Origin: a virus
IMG/VR virus record: IMGVR_UViG_3300042691_012617
Span: 32,001 to 96,000 of that record
Direction: 5' to 3' (one strand)
DNA length: 64,000 nucleotides
Below the pieces are notes generated by a model. It made no database searches, was not told the DNA's origin, and saw only the letters and a list, made by a program, of their open reading frames with translations. Positions 28,483 through 38,199 of the stretch are shown one piece after another. How positions within the stretch are numbered: position 1 is the stretch's first letter; the number at the start of each line of letters is the position of its first letter. A program made the position numbers and the translations under genes.

Positions 28483-31176
28483 ATGGCTGAACCAACACAA
28501 GGCAATCCCACACCACCGAACAACCAAGACGGTATTACACCACCTATGTCGAATGATGTTGCAACCAAAGCATTCGATAAGTTTTTCGCTGAGATGGAAG
28601 ACTTGAAGAAGACCATCGAAGGCTCCAAGAAAATCCTTGAGACACAAAAGAAACTTCAGGCGGATCTGAACAAAGCATCCCTCATTGAGCAGAAAGCGCG
28701 AAACGCTGTCACAGAGGGAATGAAGAAACTGGACAAGGAAAACGAAAAGTATAGAGACAAACAAGGAAATTGGCTAGCAGAGACAGAAGCGATGCAAGCC
28801 AAGTATGCCGCCGACATGGAAGAACTCCACAAGGCGCACCTAGAGACCGAAGATAGTTTCTTCAAGGCATCTGATGCGTTGATGGAAAACACAAAAGCCA
28901 TGGGGCAGATGAAGGACGCGACACAGTCTGCGCTGTTTGGTTTGCGCGATCTTCGTGACATGGTGCGTGAGTTTGATCCCGAAGTGGCGGCAGGATTGAG
29001 CAAGGCATATGGCGAAGCCGCCAATCTTGTGGTTAAATCTAACAAGGATTTTGATGCCGCCAATTCTGAAATTGCAAGGACATCGGGCGAAGAACTTGAA
29101 AAGGCGTTGGGCGAAATGGCAGATGGTCTGCGTAAAGCAAACAACGCAGAGATGCACGAAGAAGCAATCAAGGCTCAAGAGAAGATATTTGATGCTCAAA
29201 AAGAATTTGCAGAACAAACCAAGAAACTCGCTGATGAGATGTCAACTACCGAAATTGCCCAAGAACTTGGTGCAGGCGGTGGCGTTGTCGGGTTGAGAGA
29301 TATCAAAGCAGAGGTAGATGACCTTAGTGGTCTCACCGACAAAGCAGTCGCTCTCTACAAGGCAAAGAACAAAGAGGCGACTGACAGCGATGTCAAGAAG
29401 TATAAGGAAGAGTTCATCTATCAGCAGAAGTCTTTGATTCAGCAGAGACTTGAGCAAAAGTTCAACAAGGAAATTGATGAGCAGAGAAACAAGCGAATCC
29501 TGAAGATCATGGAGGAGAAAAAAGTCTCCAAGGATGTCGCGGCAAAGATCGACAGCGGAAGCAAAGAAGGCAAGCAGGCCGATGCTGACATGATCAAGCG
29601 GCACGAAGACACAATGAAGGGCTTCGAAAGCCTCAATGCCACTCAACTTGCGATGCTAGAGAATGCCAAGGACAGCGACATGAAGTTGGCTGAAAGGGAA
29701 GCAGAAGCAGCCAATGACTATCCGCCTTGGGCACAACCACTCATAGATGGAATTGCTAGTCTAAAGGACACAATGGGTGGCATGTTCAAGAAAGAGGACG
29801 GGTGGTTTAAGACCATCCTCCTAATTTTGTCCGTGACTATAGGGGCAGTTCTAGGATACATCTTCTACAAAGTGATGTTCATCTTTAACATCGTCAAGGG
29901 TATCTTTGGCTTGCTCACGCACCTTCCATTTGGAATTGGCAAAGCAATTGGGGGAATATTTGCAAAACTCGGCGGTGTTGGTGGCGGTATTGCAAAAATG
30001 TTTAGCGGCGTTGGAAGTAAGTTGGGTCTTTTCGGAGAAGGGATTGCCAAGGTTTTTCCATTCATTGGACGATTGGGAACCGCTTTCAAATTTGGCTTCC
30101 AAATCCTAGGAAAGGCATTCTTCTACATCCAACTTGTAGTAGATGCCATCTTTGGTGCATACAAGGGTTTCCAACAGTTGGGCAATATCAAAGGTTTGAT
30201 CATGGGTGCAATCGCTCAGATCATCAGCGGGCTTACATTTGGACTGCTCGACTTCCAAAGCATCTTCGATTTCTTCAACACAACCATGAGCGGTGTATTC
30301 GATGGAATCGCGGGTGTGTTTGAACCAATCGTTGAGTTTTTCGGAAAGGCATATGACAACTTGACGAATGCCTTCTCGCGTGTGATGGCAGTTTTTCAAG
30401 GAGAGGGGTCTATCTTCACCAAGATATTCAAAGTCATTCAGATCGGCATCACAACAACAGTCAAGAACCTCGTCGCGTTCATAGGAGCGGCAATAAAGAC
30501 TGTTTTCAATGCTGTTGTTGTATTGCCTTTCAAGATTGGTGAGTTTATCGGTGAGATGCTTGTCAAGTTGGCAGAATTGACATATGACGCTTTTGTATCT
30601 CTGTGGGATTGGATCTCTAGTGGTCGAATCTTGGCAGATGTCGCAAACTTTGGTACTTGGCTTTATGACGAACTAATCGGATTCTTCGCAGGAATCATCA
30701 ATGCAATCGCTGACGGCTTGGGTGAAATCCCAATCGTTGGTGGCTACATCAAGGAAGCATTGGGCGGCGGTGCGGGTGGAGATGGTCTACAGACTGCGGT
30801 TGAGAAGAGTGCTGAAGTTGTAAAAGAGGCACAGCAAAGCGCAGACACTATGGCGACAAACGCTACCACACCAACTCAAAGTAGTGCCGTGCAGTTTGTA
30901 AACACTCCTATAACGCCGATTGCAACTCCAAGCGGTAAAGTACAATTTGCTGCTCCCTCTTATAATGCTAATACTGTCAATACGGCAACGATGAACACAG
31001 CAACAGCAAGAATGGAAGCCACAAACCAAGGTGGCACCGCTGTCATCAACACCCCGACTACAAACAATGTCATGAGTGGCGGTGGTGGCGAGAGCAATGT
31101 GCTGATGCCGACAAACAACAGAAACACGGAACCGACATTCCGCGCCCTGCTGTTTCAGGATTGTCCTGCCCTATAA
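28483..31176 (+). CDS. Tape measure protein (gp29-like)
   Basis: 897 aa; long helical N-half, amphipathic G/F/I-rich central region, TPTTNNV C-terminal motif; follows gp26/gp51. Confidence 0.7.
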   Translation: MAEPTQGNPTPPNNQDGITPPMSNDVATKAFDKFFAEMEDLKKTIEGSKKILETQKKLQADLNKASLIEQKARNAVTEGMKKLDKENEKYRDKQGNWLAETEAMQAKYAADMEELHKAHLETEDSFFKASDALMENTKAMGQMKDATQSALFGLRDLRDMVREFDPEVAAGLSKAYGEAANLVVKSNKDFDAANSEIARTSGEELEKALGEMADGLRKANNAEMHEEAIKAQEKIFDAQKEFAEQTKKLADEMSTTEIAQELGAGGGVVGLRDIKAEVDDLSGLTDKAVALYKAKNKEATDSDVKKYKEEFIYQQKSLIQQRLEQKFNKEIDEQRNKRILKIMEEKKVSKDVAAKIDSGSKEGKQADADMIKRHEDTMKGFESLNATQLAMLENAKDSDMKLAEREAEAANDYPPWAQPLIDGIASLKDTMGGMFKKEDGWFKTILLILSVTIGAVLGYIFYKVMFIFNIVKGIFGLLTHLPFGIGKAIGGIFAKLGGVGGGIAKMFSGVGSKLGLFGEGIAKVFPFIGRLGTAFKFGFQILGKAFFYIQLVVDAIFGAYKGFQQLGNIKGLIMGAIAQIISGLTFGLLDFQSIFDFFNTTMSGVFDGIAGVFEPIVEFFGKAYDNLTNAFSRVMAVFQGEGSIFTKIFKVIQIGITTTVKNLVAFIGAAIKTVFNAVVVLPFKIGEFIGEMLVKLAELTYDAFVSLWDWISSGRILADVANFGTWLYDELIGFFAGIINAIADGLGEIPIVGGYIKEALGGGAGGDGLQTAVEKSAEVVKEAQQSADTMATNATTPTQSSAVQFVNTPITPIATPSGKVQFAAPSYNANTVNTATMNTATARMEATNQGGTAVINTPTTNNVMSGGGGESNVLMPTNNRNTEPTFRALLFQDCPAL

Positions 31177-31181
31177 CACAA

Positions 31182-31205
31182 CAGCCGCCCATTTCTGAGC
31201 GGCAG
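31182..31205 (-). terminator. Intrinsic terminator between convergent gp32 and tape measure
   Basis: Minus strand GCCGCTCA-GAAA-TGGGCGGC followed by TGTTGTGTT. Confidence 0.7.
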
Positions 31206-31238
31206 TCGTGCGCCTCCACGGCATGGGTTGATTAAGAC

Positions 31239-32162
31239 TCACTCATCGTCATCTGCCAACTTCTTAAAGTAGGCAAACGCATCCTCGTCCTCATCCTCAG
31301 TCTTTGCTGCCTTCGCAGGAGCCTTCTTGGGAGCCTTCTCCTCGGAGACGGGAGCCGCGGCCTTCATCTTGCTACGGAAATCCTCAGGCTCTGCCTCCTC
31401 GGCACGGGCAGCGGAACCCTCGCTCGTACCGCCCTTGAGAACCTGATCCATGCGACCCTTCAGTTCCTCGTAGGACTTGAACTGATCGGCACCGACGAAC
31501 GCCTGTAGCGGATACTGCATCTTCCACAGGGTTTCCAGTTGCTTGTCGTTGCCATCGAAGAGTTCCGATGCGGGTTGGAACGCGCTCTTCTCGTAGGACA
31601 CATAACCGTCCACCATAGCCGCCTTCAACTTGAAGTTAGCACCCTGCCAAAAGTCAAAGGGATTGATCTTCGGCTCGTCATCGGTTGGGTTCATGGCATC
31701 CTGCAACTTGTCGAAGATCTTCTTACCGAACTTGAACAGGAAGACCTTGCCTTCGTTGTCGCGGTTGGTTGGATCGTTGACAACAAGAATGTTGGCGATG
31801 TACGACAACTTGCGCTTCCGATCACGGGCGATGCCCTTGTTCGACTCAAGTCCGCTGTTCCAAAGTTCGTTGTTCGCCTCGCAGATCGGGCACTTCTTCC
31901 CAATCGTGGTTGGGCAGTTGTCGATGAGCCAACCACCCTTGCCTTGGAAGCCGTGGCTAAAGAGCCGCACCCAAGGAATGTCCTCGCCTTCGACGGGCGG
32001 TAGGAAGCGGATCACCGCGTAGCCGTTACCCGCCTTGTCGCGCTCAAGCGTCCAAAAGCGATCATCGTCGTAGTTCTTCTTCTCGCTGACCTTGCTCATC
32101 TCCTTAGACAATTTGTCGATAGCAGACTGAGCGTTCTTCTTCATGCTTGCGAATCCTGACAT
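31239..32162 (-). CDS. gp32: Single-stranded DNA-binding protein gp32
   Basis: DDRFW..DKAGNGYAVIRFLP, HGFQG, NCPTTIGKKCPIC, RKRKLSYIANILVV, FKFGKKIFDK, acidic tail AYFKKLADDE. Confidence 0.97.
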   Translation of the reverse strand: MSGFASMKKNAQSAIDKLSKEMSKVSEKKNYDDDRFWTLERDKAGNGYAVIRFLPPVEGEDIPWVRLFSHGFQGKGGWLIDNCPTTIGKKCPICEANNELWNSGLESNKGIARDRKRKLSYIANILVVNDPTNRDNEGKVFLFKFGKKIFDKLQDAMNPTDDEPKINPFDFWQGANFKLKAAMVDGYVSYEKSAFQPASELFDGNDKQLETLWKMQYPLQAFVGADQFKSYEELKGRMDQVLKGGTSEGSAARAEEAEPEDFRSKMKAAAPVSEEKAPKKAPAKAAKTEDEDEDAFAYFKKLADDDE

Positions 32163-32210
32163 GTGTGTATCTCCTGTGTGTTTGTGTGCTGTGTGTGAAA
32201 CGATCTGACA

Positions 32211-32238
32211 AGTATAGCGTGATGTGTGTCTCAGTCAA
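32211..32238 (-). promoter_or_regulatory. Sigma70-type promoter for gp32
   Basis: TTGACT-16 nt-TATACT. Confidence 0.65.
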
Positions 32239-32470
32239 GGGGCAACTTAGATGTTTTCTTTGTTCCTCTCAACATGTTTCGATCCTCAAACTCTGCCTTC
32301 AACTTCTCCCGAATCGGTTTCGTAACCAACTTGGCTACTGACTCAGGTTCGATTCCATGCTTATCACAGAGTTCAAGAATCGCGTCGATGTACTTTCCCT
32401 CCTTGCGGTTCTTGCATAGTTCTTCGATCTCTTTGCTGAATGTCTCTTCGATATTAATGATCGATCCCAT
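32231..32470 (-). CDS. gp33: Late transcription co-activator gp33
   Basis: FSKEIEEL..YIDAILELC...IEPESVAKLVTKPIREKLKAE...SKLPL. Confidence 0.88.
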   Translation of the reverse strand: MGSIINIEETFSKEIEELCKNRKEGKYIDAILELCDKHGIEPESVAKLVTKPIREKLKAEFEDRNMLRGTKKTSKLPLD

Positions 32471-32712
32471 TACGGAATCCTTTCGTCTTCTGTAGGGTTC
32501 GCCATTTCAATCGGCATTTCCTCAATAGTATCAACCCAACGGCGAATACCCGTTTCGAATTCGTCGCTTGTCAGTAGGATACCGATCTGCTCTCCCTTGT
32601 CTGTCATGAAACGAATGCAATGGTACTTCTCCTGCTCGGGAGCAACTACCATTTCATCGGTGCGGGTGAGAGACCACCCGAAATACTCAAGCAGCCTTTT
32701 GAGCCAGTTCAT
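32470..32712 (-). CDS. Hypothetical protein (start at ATG 32712)
   Basis: 80 codons filling the gap between the exonuclease and gp33; stop overlaps the gp33 start. Confidence 0.55.
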   Translation of the reverse strand: MNWLKRLLEYFGWSLTRTDEMVVAPEQEKYHCIRFMTDKGEQIGILLTSDEFETGIRRWVDTIEEMPIEMANPTEDERIP

Positions 32713-33373
32713 TGGCGATTTCCTGCACTTTCTTGAAATTGTTCTTTGCCCAATAGGAACGGATGACCTTTGCCAATCCTTCCCTGAAGTCGTTGCGATG
32801 CTCAACAAACTCCTGAGCCGTGCCCTCGTCGGTGGCAATCAGCACGACAAGCCGTTCGATGCGCTTGCCCGTTCGCTCTTCCCACATGTACGAGTATGCA
32901 GCCGCTTGGTGGAAGTAGTTCGTGATCCACGAACGCTTCTTCTCCTTGGATGCAGTCTTGAAATCGATGATGGCGGGTTCGCCACAGTATTCACCGATGC
33001 AGTCTGTCCGTCCTGCAAGCATGAGAGTATCCGACCATAGACCGTTTTCAATTGCATAGATCTCACCGATGTTCTGCAACAGCGGAAGAATCGGATCGAA
33101 ATGCCAACGATCACCGATCTCCGCAGGAACGGAGCGATTGGTCAGATACTCCTCAACCAAGGAGTGTAACTTGTTTCCGCGATTGATCGCCATCTGCGAC
33201 TTCTTCGCGTTCTCGGGATCCTCTCGCCACTTCTTCCACTTGTCGGCATCTTCATGGTTCACCACGGTGGTAACCGATGGATACCACTTGCCGTTTGTTG
33301 GCGATTGATAGTAGCGTCCCATCCCTTCCGCTTCCACGGAAACGAGTCTTGTTTCGTTTGTATTCATATTCAA
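32687..33373 (-). CDS. PD-(D/E)XK exonuclease (Cas4-like fold) of T4-like phages
   Basis: YPSVTTV, RGNKLH, LAGRTDCIGE, IIDFKTA, YFHQAAAY. Confidence 0.88.
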   Translation of the reverse strand: MNMNTNETRLVSVEAEGMGRYYQSPTNGKWYPSVTTVVNHEDADKWKKWREDPENAKKSQMAINRGNKLHSLVEEYLTNRSVPAEIGDRWHFDPILPLLQNIGEIYAIENGLWSDTLMLAGRTDCIGEYCGEPAIIDFKTASKEKKRSWITNYFHQAAAYSYMWEERTGKRIERLVVLIATDEGTAQEFVEHRNDFREGLAKVIRSYWAKNNFKKVQEIANELAQKAA

Positions 33374-33624
33374 TAGTCTCTCATTCCGTGACGGGGGTGC
33401 GCCGACTTGATCTTGGAAATGACTTCCTTGAAACCGCTGTCGGGTTTACGAATGCCCAAGCGAACAGGATCGATCACGGGCGGGGCAGATGCGATGTACT
33501 GCTCAACCTGTTTCTTGCCACACTTTGGGCATGGCTTCTTGCATGGCTTCGCCCGATCCTTGATCATGAAGAACTCTTCGAATCGGTGGTCACATGCACG
33601 GCATAGATAATCGTAATTTGGCAT
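33370..33624 (-). CDS. FmdB-family zinc-ribbon protein
   Basis: MPNYDYLCRACDHRFE...CPKCG. Confidence 0.85.
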   Translation of the reverse strand: MPNYDYLCRACDHRFEEFFMIKDRAKPCKKPCPKCGKKQVEQYIASAPPVIDPVRLGIRKPDSGFKEVISKIKSAHPRHGMRDY

Positions 33625-33638
33625 AGCGAGTCTTCTAT

Positions 33639-34178
33639 TTATACGGCTTCGCTAGCAAACCACGATGGGACGGGGGTCTTCGCCCACTTGGCGAAACGCT
33701 TCTTTTCACCGATGTAGTACTTACGATAAGCCGTGACGGCATCTTCGCAGCGGTACTGTTCGGGCATTGCTTGAGCAAACGGAGTGAGTGGTCCATCCTT
33801 GATGTTGTTAGGACACCCTGCGAGGATGCCCATCAGATCATGCATGGAGTGCTTCTTGCCATATCGCTTGGTGTACTCAAACATCAGACCCCATGCATGG
33901 TGCCAAAGCCAATCGTAGTTGGACGAAGTCTCCATTGCCCATCGTGTGCATGGGTGATTGACCATTGTCGCAAGACAAAGGACATCATCGTACTCGGAGT
34001 GAATCCAATGCTTGATCTTGCGACCGTTTTTGGATAGACGGATAGTAGGTTCGCCGTCAAGCACACGGTGTGCCGTAGAAAGCATCTGTGCGCTTTCAAC
34101 GATCATCTTTACGACATGCTTGTCACAAAGATCCCGCGCCGCTTCATGCGGTGAGGATTGCACTACGAAGATGTTCAT
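33639..34178 (-). CDS. Pyrimidine-dimer DNA glycosylase-related protein
   Basis: MNIF..CDKHVVKMIVESAQMLSTAH, NHPCTRW, EYTKRYGKKH, QAMPEQY, AYRKYY. Confidence 0.75.
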   Translation of the reverse strand: MNIFVVQSSPHEAARDLCDKHVVKMIVESAQMLSTAHRVLDGEPTIRLSKNGRKIKHWIHSEYDDVLCLATMVNHPCTRWAMETSSNYDWLWHHAWGLMFEYTKRYGKKHSMHDLMGILAGCPNNIKDGPLTPFAQAMPEQYRCEDAVTAYRKYYIGEKKRFAKWAKTPVPSWFASEAV

Positions 34179-34181
34179 GTA

Positions 34182-34442
34182 TCAGTCCTTGAAGGAGCCA
34201 TCGTTCCAAAGATGCCACAGACGGTGTGTGAGGATTGCCCAACCAAGTCCAAGCCAAGACTCAGCGTGGTACACGCCTGCTTCACATTCCATGATATAGG
34301 ACGGTGCAATCTTGATCTTGTCGTACATGCTAATGTCGATGGGCTTGGCATCGGGTGACAATTCTGCCTCGCGCACGGGCGCGGGTGCGGGTGCGACCTT
34401 TTTGACGGTCTTGATTTCACGCTTCTTAGTTGACTTAGCCAT
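34182..34442 (-). CDS. Hypothetical protein
   Basis: GGGAG before ATG 34442; packs into the operon. Confidence 0.55.
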   Translation of the reverse strand: MAKSTKKREIKTVKKVAPAPAPVREAELSPDAKPIDISMYDKIKIAPSYIMECEAGVYHAESWLGLGWAILTHRLWHLWNDGSFKD

Positions 34443-34647
34443 TGCGGTGCGCTCCCATCGGCTCGACATTCTCTTCCTTAACCCAATAGGTCTCGGAACC
34501 CCACTCGTTGCTGTGGGTGGTGACTAGGTACTGCTTGCCCCAATTGGGGTGCATCTCTACCCGCCGAACAACGGCGGTCTTCTGCTCGTCCCGCAGCCAA
34601 ACCTTCTGCTGCGGTGCCTTCTTCTGTACTGTTTCGTTGCTTTCCAT
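34435..34647 (-). CDS. Hypothetical small beta-rich (SH3-like?) protein
   Basis: First gene after the promoter at 34688-34716. Confidence 0.55.
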   Translation of the reverse strand: MESNETVQKKAPQQKVWLRDEQKTAVVRRVEMHPNWGKQYLVTTHSNEWGSETYWVKEENVEPMGAHRNG

Positions 34648-34687
34648 GTGTTTGAACCCTTTTTGATTTAAGGTTGCGATTGGGATA

Positions 34688-34716
34688 AGTATAGACCATG
34701 ATTGGGTCGGTGTCAA
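34688..34716 (-). promoter_or_regulatory. Sigma70-type early promoter
   Basis: TTGACA-17 nt-TATACT; GATTGGG repeated at 34678-34684 and 34700-34706 around the -10. Confidence 0.8.
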
Positions 34717-34751
34717 GTCCCGACTGCTAAATAAGGGTGAGGTACATCATC

Positions 34752-35189
34752 ATGCCAACTACCCTGACCATTCCTGAAGTTCTGAAGAAAATCTCGCAAA
34801 CCGCAAAGAGCCGCGAGGACACCATCCGTCTTCTCCGTGAGAACGGAAGCCACACGCTGAAGCAGTTGCTTCACTACGCCTTCTTTGATAGCGCAAAGTG
34901 GTACCGCAACGATCTCCCCGAATACACGCCTGACCAAGCCCCCGAAGGCTTGACCATGTCGAGTCTCTTTCAGGAGAGCAAGCGGCTGTACATCTTCAAG
35001 GAGTCCTATAACCTTCCGAAGAATCGCAAGGACATCCTGATGATTCAGATCCTTGAGTCTGTTCACCCCGACGAGGCAAAACTGCTGAAGGAACTTATCA
35101 GCGGTACCTTCGGATACGGTTACGGATTGTCCAAGCCGATTGTTCAAGAGGCGTTTCCCGACATTGCTAATGTTGTGGTTGCTTCCTGA
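34752..35189 (+). CDS. Conserved hypothetical protein of T4-like phages (DUF6433-like)
   Basis: IPEVL..LFQESKRLYIF..IQILESVHPDEAKLL..VQEAFP; CTAAATA at 34727-34733. Confidence 0.7.
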   Translation: MPTTLTIPEVLKKISQTAKSREDTIRLLRENGSHTLKQLLHYAFFDSAKWYRNDLPEYTPDQAPEGLTMSSLFQESKRLYIFKESYNLPKNRKDILMIQILESVHPDEAKLLKELISGTFGYGYGLSKPIVQEAFPDIANVVVAS

Positions 35190-35715
35190 GAGCATATCGC
35201 GCAAGGAAGTAGGAGTCAACTATATCTGAGACAGGACTTCCACAGTCCTTGCTCTCTTTCTCCATGGACTTCATGAGATCGATCCCCGTCTGATCCTTGA
35301 ATGCAGCATGCATGACGCATTTGTCTGCGTTTCCCTTCCCTGCCGCAAATTTCTTGAGTGCGGTGGGGGCAACGGTTTCGAATCGAATGCCGTCCTTCCA
35401 CAACTTATGCTTCAACAGACCGCAGTTCTCACCGATATGAAAGACCTTGCCCTTGGCACCCATCGCGTAGTCCTCTATGACGAGCGCATCGGGATTGACT
35501 CTGCACTTGGATACCGCCCAATTCGAAATCAAATCGTATCTTTCCTCGGGCGAAAGGAAGTCGGGGTAGGTGTCACCGATACAGGTGAGGAATCCAAAAG
35601 TATGAGTTACTTGGTTTCGCTTGACCGATGTGAGAAACCAACAAGTGGCTCTGTCCCCGTCGATCAGCGTGACGGCGGGTGATGTCATAGAGTAGTCAAT
35701 GCCAAGGACTTTCAC
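35167..35715 (-). CDS. RuvC-like Holliday junction resolvase (GTG start 35715)
   Basis: VLGIDYSMTSP, IEDYA, IGENCGLLK, PTALKKFAAGKGNADK, DIVDSY. Confidence 0.8.
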   Translation of the reverse strand: MKVLGIDYSMTSPAVTLIDGDRATCWFLTSVKRNQVTHTFGFLTCIGDTYPDFLSPEERYDLISNWAVSKCRVNPDALVIEDYAMGAKGKVFHIGENCGLLKHKLWKDGIRFETVAPTALKKFAAGKGNADKCVMHAAFKDQTGIDLMKSMEKESKDCGSPVSDIVDSYFLARYALRKQPQH

Positions 35716-35726
35716 GCAAGTATGTA

Positions 35727-35754
35727 TTGCATCCCTTGAAACCTGTGCTAGAAT
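35727..35754 (+). promoter_or_regulatory. Sigma70-type promoter for uvsY (probably leaderless mRNA)
   Basis: TTGCAT-16 nt-TAGAAT with extended TG; ATG 7 nt downstream, no SD. Confidence 0.55.
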
Positions 35755-35761
35755 CTGACAA

Positions 35762-36199
35762 ATGAACATCGAACGAATCAAGGAAATGGTCGAAGCCGAC
35801 CTCAAGATCGACGGAACCGAATTAGGTGACGAGTCGATCCGCATTCCACAACTGCACGGCAAGTACCTTAACATCTATCACGATGAGTGCCTGATCCTTC
35901 GCAAGTTGGATGCAGATTTCAGCATCCTCCGCAAGAAGAAGTGGGAGTACTACAACGGCAAGATGTCCCAACAGGAACTTGCCCAACTTGGGTGGGAGCC
36001 TTTCGGACATCGCATCCTGCGCCAAGACATGGATACCTACATGAGCGCAGACGAAGATCTTGTTCGTCTCGGCTCAAAGATCGATCTACAGAAGGCGAAG
36101 GTTGAGTATCTTGACAGCGTGATCAAGGGAATCAACAACCGCCAATGGGTGATCCGCAATGCCATCGAATGGCGCAAGTTCATGAGCGGGGTGACCTAA
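35762..36199 (+). CDS. uvsY: Recombination mediator UvsY
   Basis: DLKID..ESIRIPQLHGKYL, KWEYYNGK, YMSADED, RQWVIRNAIEWRKF. Confidence 0.92.
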   Translation: MNIERIKEMVEADLKIDGTELGDESIRIPQLHGKYLNIYHDECLILRKLDADFSILRKKKWEYYNGKMSQQELAQLGWEPFGHRILRQDMDTYMSADEDLVRLGSKIDLQKAKVEYLDSVIKGINNRQWVIRNAIEWRKFMSGVT

Positions 36200-36202
36200 A
36201 TA
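36196..36202 (+). promoter_or_regulatory. Late promoter CTAAATA for uvsW, overlapping the uvsY stop
   Basis: Motif 6 nt before ATG 36209. Confidence 0.7.
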
Positions 36203-36208
36203 CCTTGA

Positions 36209-37750
36209 ATGAGCGTGATTGAAGTTCGTAGCATGAATACCGCTTATCTTCGTGTCATCGCGGAGAATGGCGTTTCATACGAACTTCAAGACTACTTCAC
36301 ATTCGAAGTCCCTGGTGCGAAGTACACCCCCGCGTACAAGCGGCGTGTGTGGGATGGGAAGATACGACTCTTCAATGCATACTCGGGGCTGTTGCCCTCG
36401 GGTCTTATGGACTACCTTGCGACATTCGCAAAGGATCGAAACTATGAGTTGCGAGTCGATTCGTCGGTAGCCCAACCTGAGATCAAGTTCGACTGTGAAA
36501 AAGTCAGAGGTTTCATCAAGTCACTAAACCCGACTGCCGATGGCAAGCCTTTGGATCCCCACGACCACCAAGTCGATGCGGTGTGTCATGCCCTGAACCA
36601 ATCACGATGTGTACTCCTGTCGCCAACTGCTAGCGGCAAGAGCCTCGCCATCTATTCGATGGTCAGGTACTACCAAAACGCAATTGCTCCAAACAGAAAG
36701 ATACTGATCATCGTACCGACCATCTCGTTGGTCGCGCAGTTGTATTCCGACTTCAAGGATTACTCGGGCACGACGAACTGGAACGCTGACAAGAACTGCC
36801 ACCGCATCGTGGGCGGCGAAGCCAAGTTGACCGACAAGCAGATTGTCATTTCGACATGGCAGAGCATCTACAAGTTGCCTCGGGCATGGTTCGATAACTT
36901 CGAAGTGGTTATCGGAGACGAAGCACATCTGTTCAAGGCACAAAGCCTGAACACGATCATGAACAAGTTGATCGACTGTCCCTATCGCATCGCGCTGACA
37001 GGTACGCTTGATGGAAGCAAGATTCACAAGTTGGCTATCGAAGGATTGTTCGGTCCAGTTCACCGCGTGATCACCACGAAGGAACTGATGGAGCGGAACC
37101 TTCTGACCAACCTGAGAATCGAATGCATCATGCTTCGTTATCCACCTGAGATACGCAAGGGCGTGTGTGGATTGGATTATCACAGCGAGATCGATTGGTT
37201 GGTCAACTGCGAGAAGCGAAACGAGTTCATCGCGTTCTTGGCATCTGCGACCCGTGGCAATACCCTTGTCTTGTTCAACTATGTCGAGAAGCATGGAAAG
37301 CCTCTGTACGAATTGATCAAGAAGACTGCCATGACAGTCATCGAAGGGCGCAAGGTGTTCTTCGTCGCGGGAGAAACAGAACTTGAACAGCGCGAGGGAA
37401 TTCGATCCATCGTGGAGAAAGAAGAGAATGCAATTATCGTTGCGTCCTACGGTACATTCTCCACGGGCATCAACATTCGCAGTCTGAAGAATGTCATCTT
37501 TGCTAGCCCCTCAAAGAGTCGTATTCGAATCCTTCAGAGCATCGGTCGCCAACTACGCAAATGCGAAGGAAAGCATATTGCAAAGTTATACGACATCGCT
37601 GATGATCTCCACCATGGCGACAATCTGAACTACACGCTACAGCACTTCCTGAAGCGAGTGAAGATCTACGAGTCCGAACAGTTCCGCTACAAGTTGGTCA
37701 AGTTGCCAATCGACATGCGGATACAAAGACCAAAGGGAGACGGCAAATGA
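36209..37750 (+). CDS. uvsW: SF2 helicase UvsW
   Basis: WDGKIRLF, SPTASGKS, DEAH, TGTL, SYGTFSTGINI, LQSIGR. Confidence 0.96.
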   Translation: MSVIEVRSMNTAYLRVIAENGVSYELQDYFTFEVPGAKYTPAYKRRVWDGKIRLFNAYSGLLPSGLMDYLATFAKDRNYELRVDSSVAQPEIKFDCEKVRGFIKSLNPTADGKPLDPHDHQVDAVCHALNQSRCVLLSPTASGKSLAIYSMVRYYQNAIAPNRKILIIVPTISLVAQLYSDFKDYSGTTNWNADKNCHRIVGGEAKLTDKQIVISTWQSIYKLPRAWFDNFEVVIGDEAHLFKAQSLNTIMNKLIDCPYRIALTGTLDGSKIHKLAIEGLFGPVHRVITTKELMERNLLTNLRIECIMLRYPPEIRKGVCGLDYHSEIDWLVNCEKRNEFIAFLASATRGNTLVLFNYVEKHGKPLYELIKKTAMTVIEGRKVFFVAGETELEQREGIRSIVEKEENAIIVASYGTFSTGINIRSLKNVIFASPSKSRIRILQSIGRQLRKCEGKHIAKLYDIADDLHHGDNLNYTLQHFLKRVKIYESEQFRYKLVKLPIDMRIQRPKGDGK

Positions 37751-38199
37751 CGCAGTACTACCCAATCAAACTAGTGCGAATGATGACAGGTGAAATGATC
37801 GTCACGGGAATCTCCAATGGTGGAAAGGAATCGTACATCTTCGAAAAACCCATGGTTCTTGTTGCGGTGGCATTGCCCAATCAAAAGCCTAATGTGCCGC
37901 AAGAAGTCTCCGTCATGCTTCGTGATTGGATGGAGTTCAGCGACGATGAATACTACATCATCCCGAAGAAGGCTGTCATGTGCATCATGAAACCCAATAG
38001 AGACATCGTTGCCGATTACTCTCAGGCGAAGATCCAATCAGACATCATGAGCGACATGATTGAGAATGGAATGGTAAACGGCACCAAGACCGTGGAAGAC
38101 CTAGAGAAAGAGATTGAAGACAATGAGGATGATGATGCCGAATACGAAGAGGGGCACGACGAGTTCCCTGGTTGGGGCGGCGATCCTCGGCTCGGCTAG
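37747..38199 (+). CDS. Conserved hypothetical (Sm-like fold) protein between uvsW and gp55
   Basis: IKLVRMMTGEMIV motif, acidic tail, conserved position. Confidence 0.65.
   Translation: MTQYYPIKLVRMMTGEMIVTGISNGGKESYIFEKPMVLVAVALPNQKPNVPQEVSVMLRDWMEFSDDEYYIIPKKAVMCIMKPNRDIVADYSQAKIQSDIMSDMIENGMVNGTKTVEDLEKEIEDNEDDDAEYEEGHDEFPGWGGDPRLG

Noticed and set aside
32687-33373. Cas4-like nuclease as sign of a CRISPR system
   Set aside because: It is a common stand-alone exonuclease of T4-like phages; no array or other cas genes were seen
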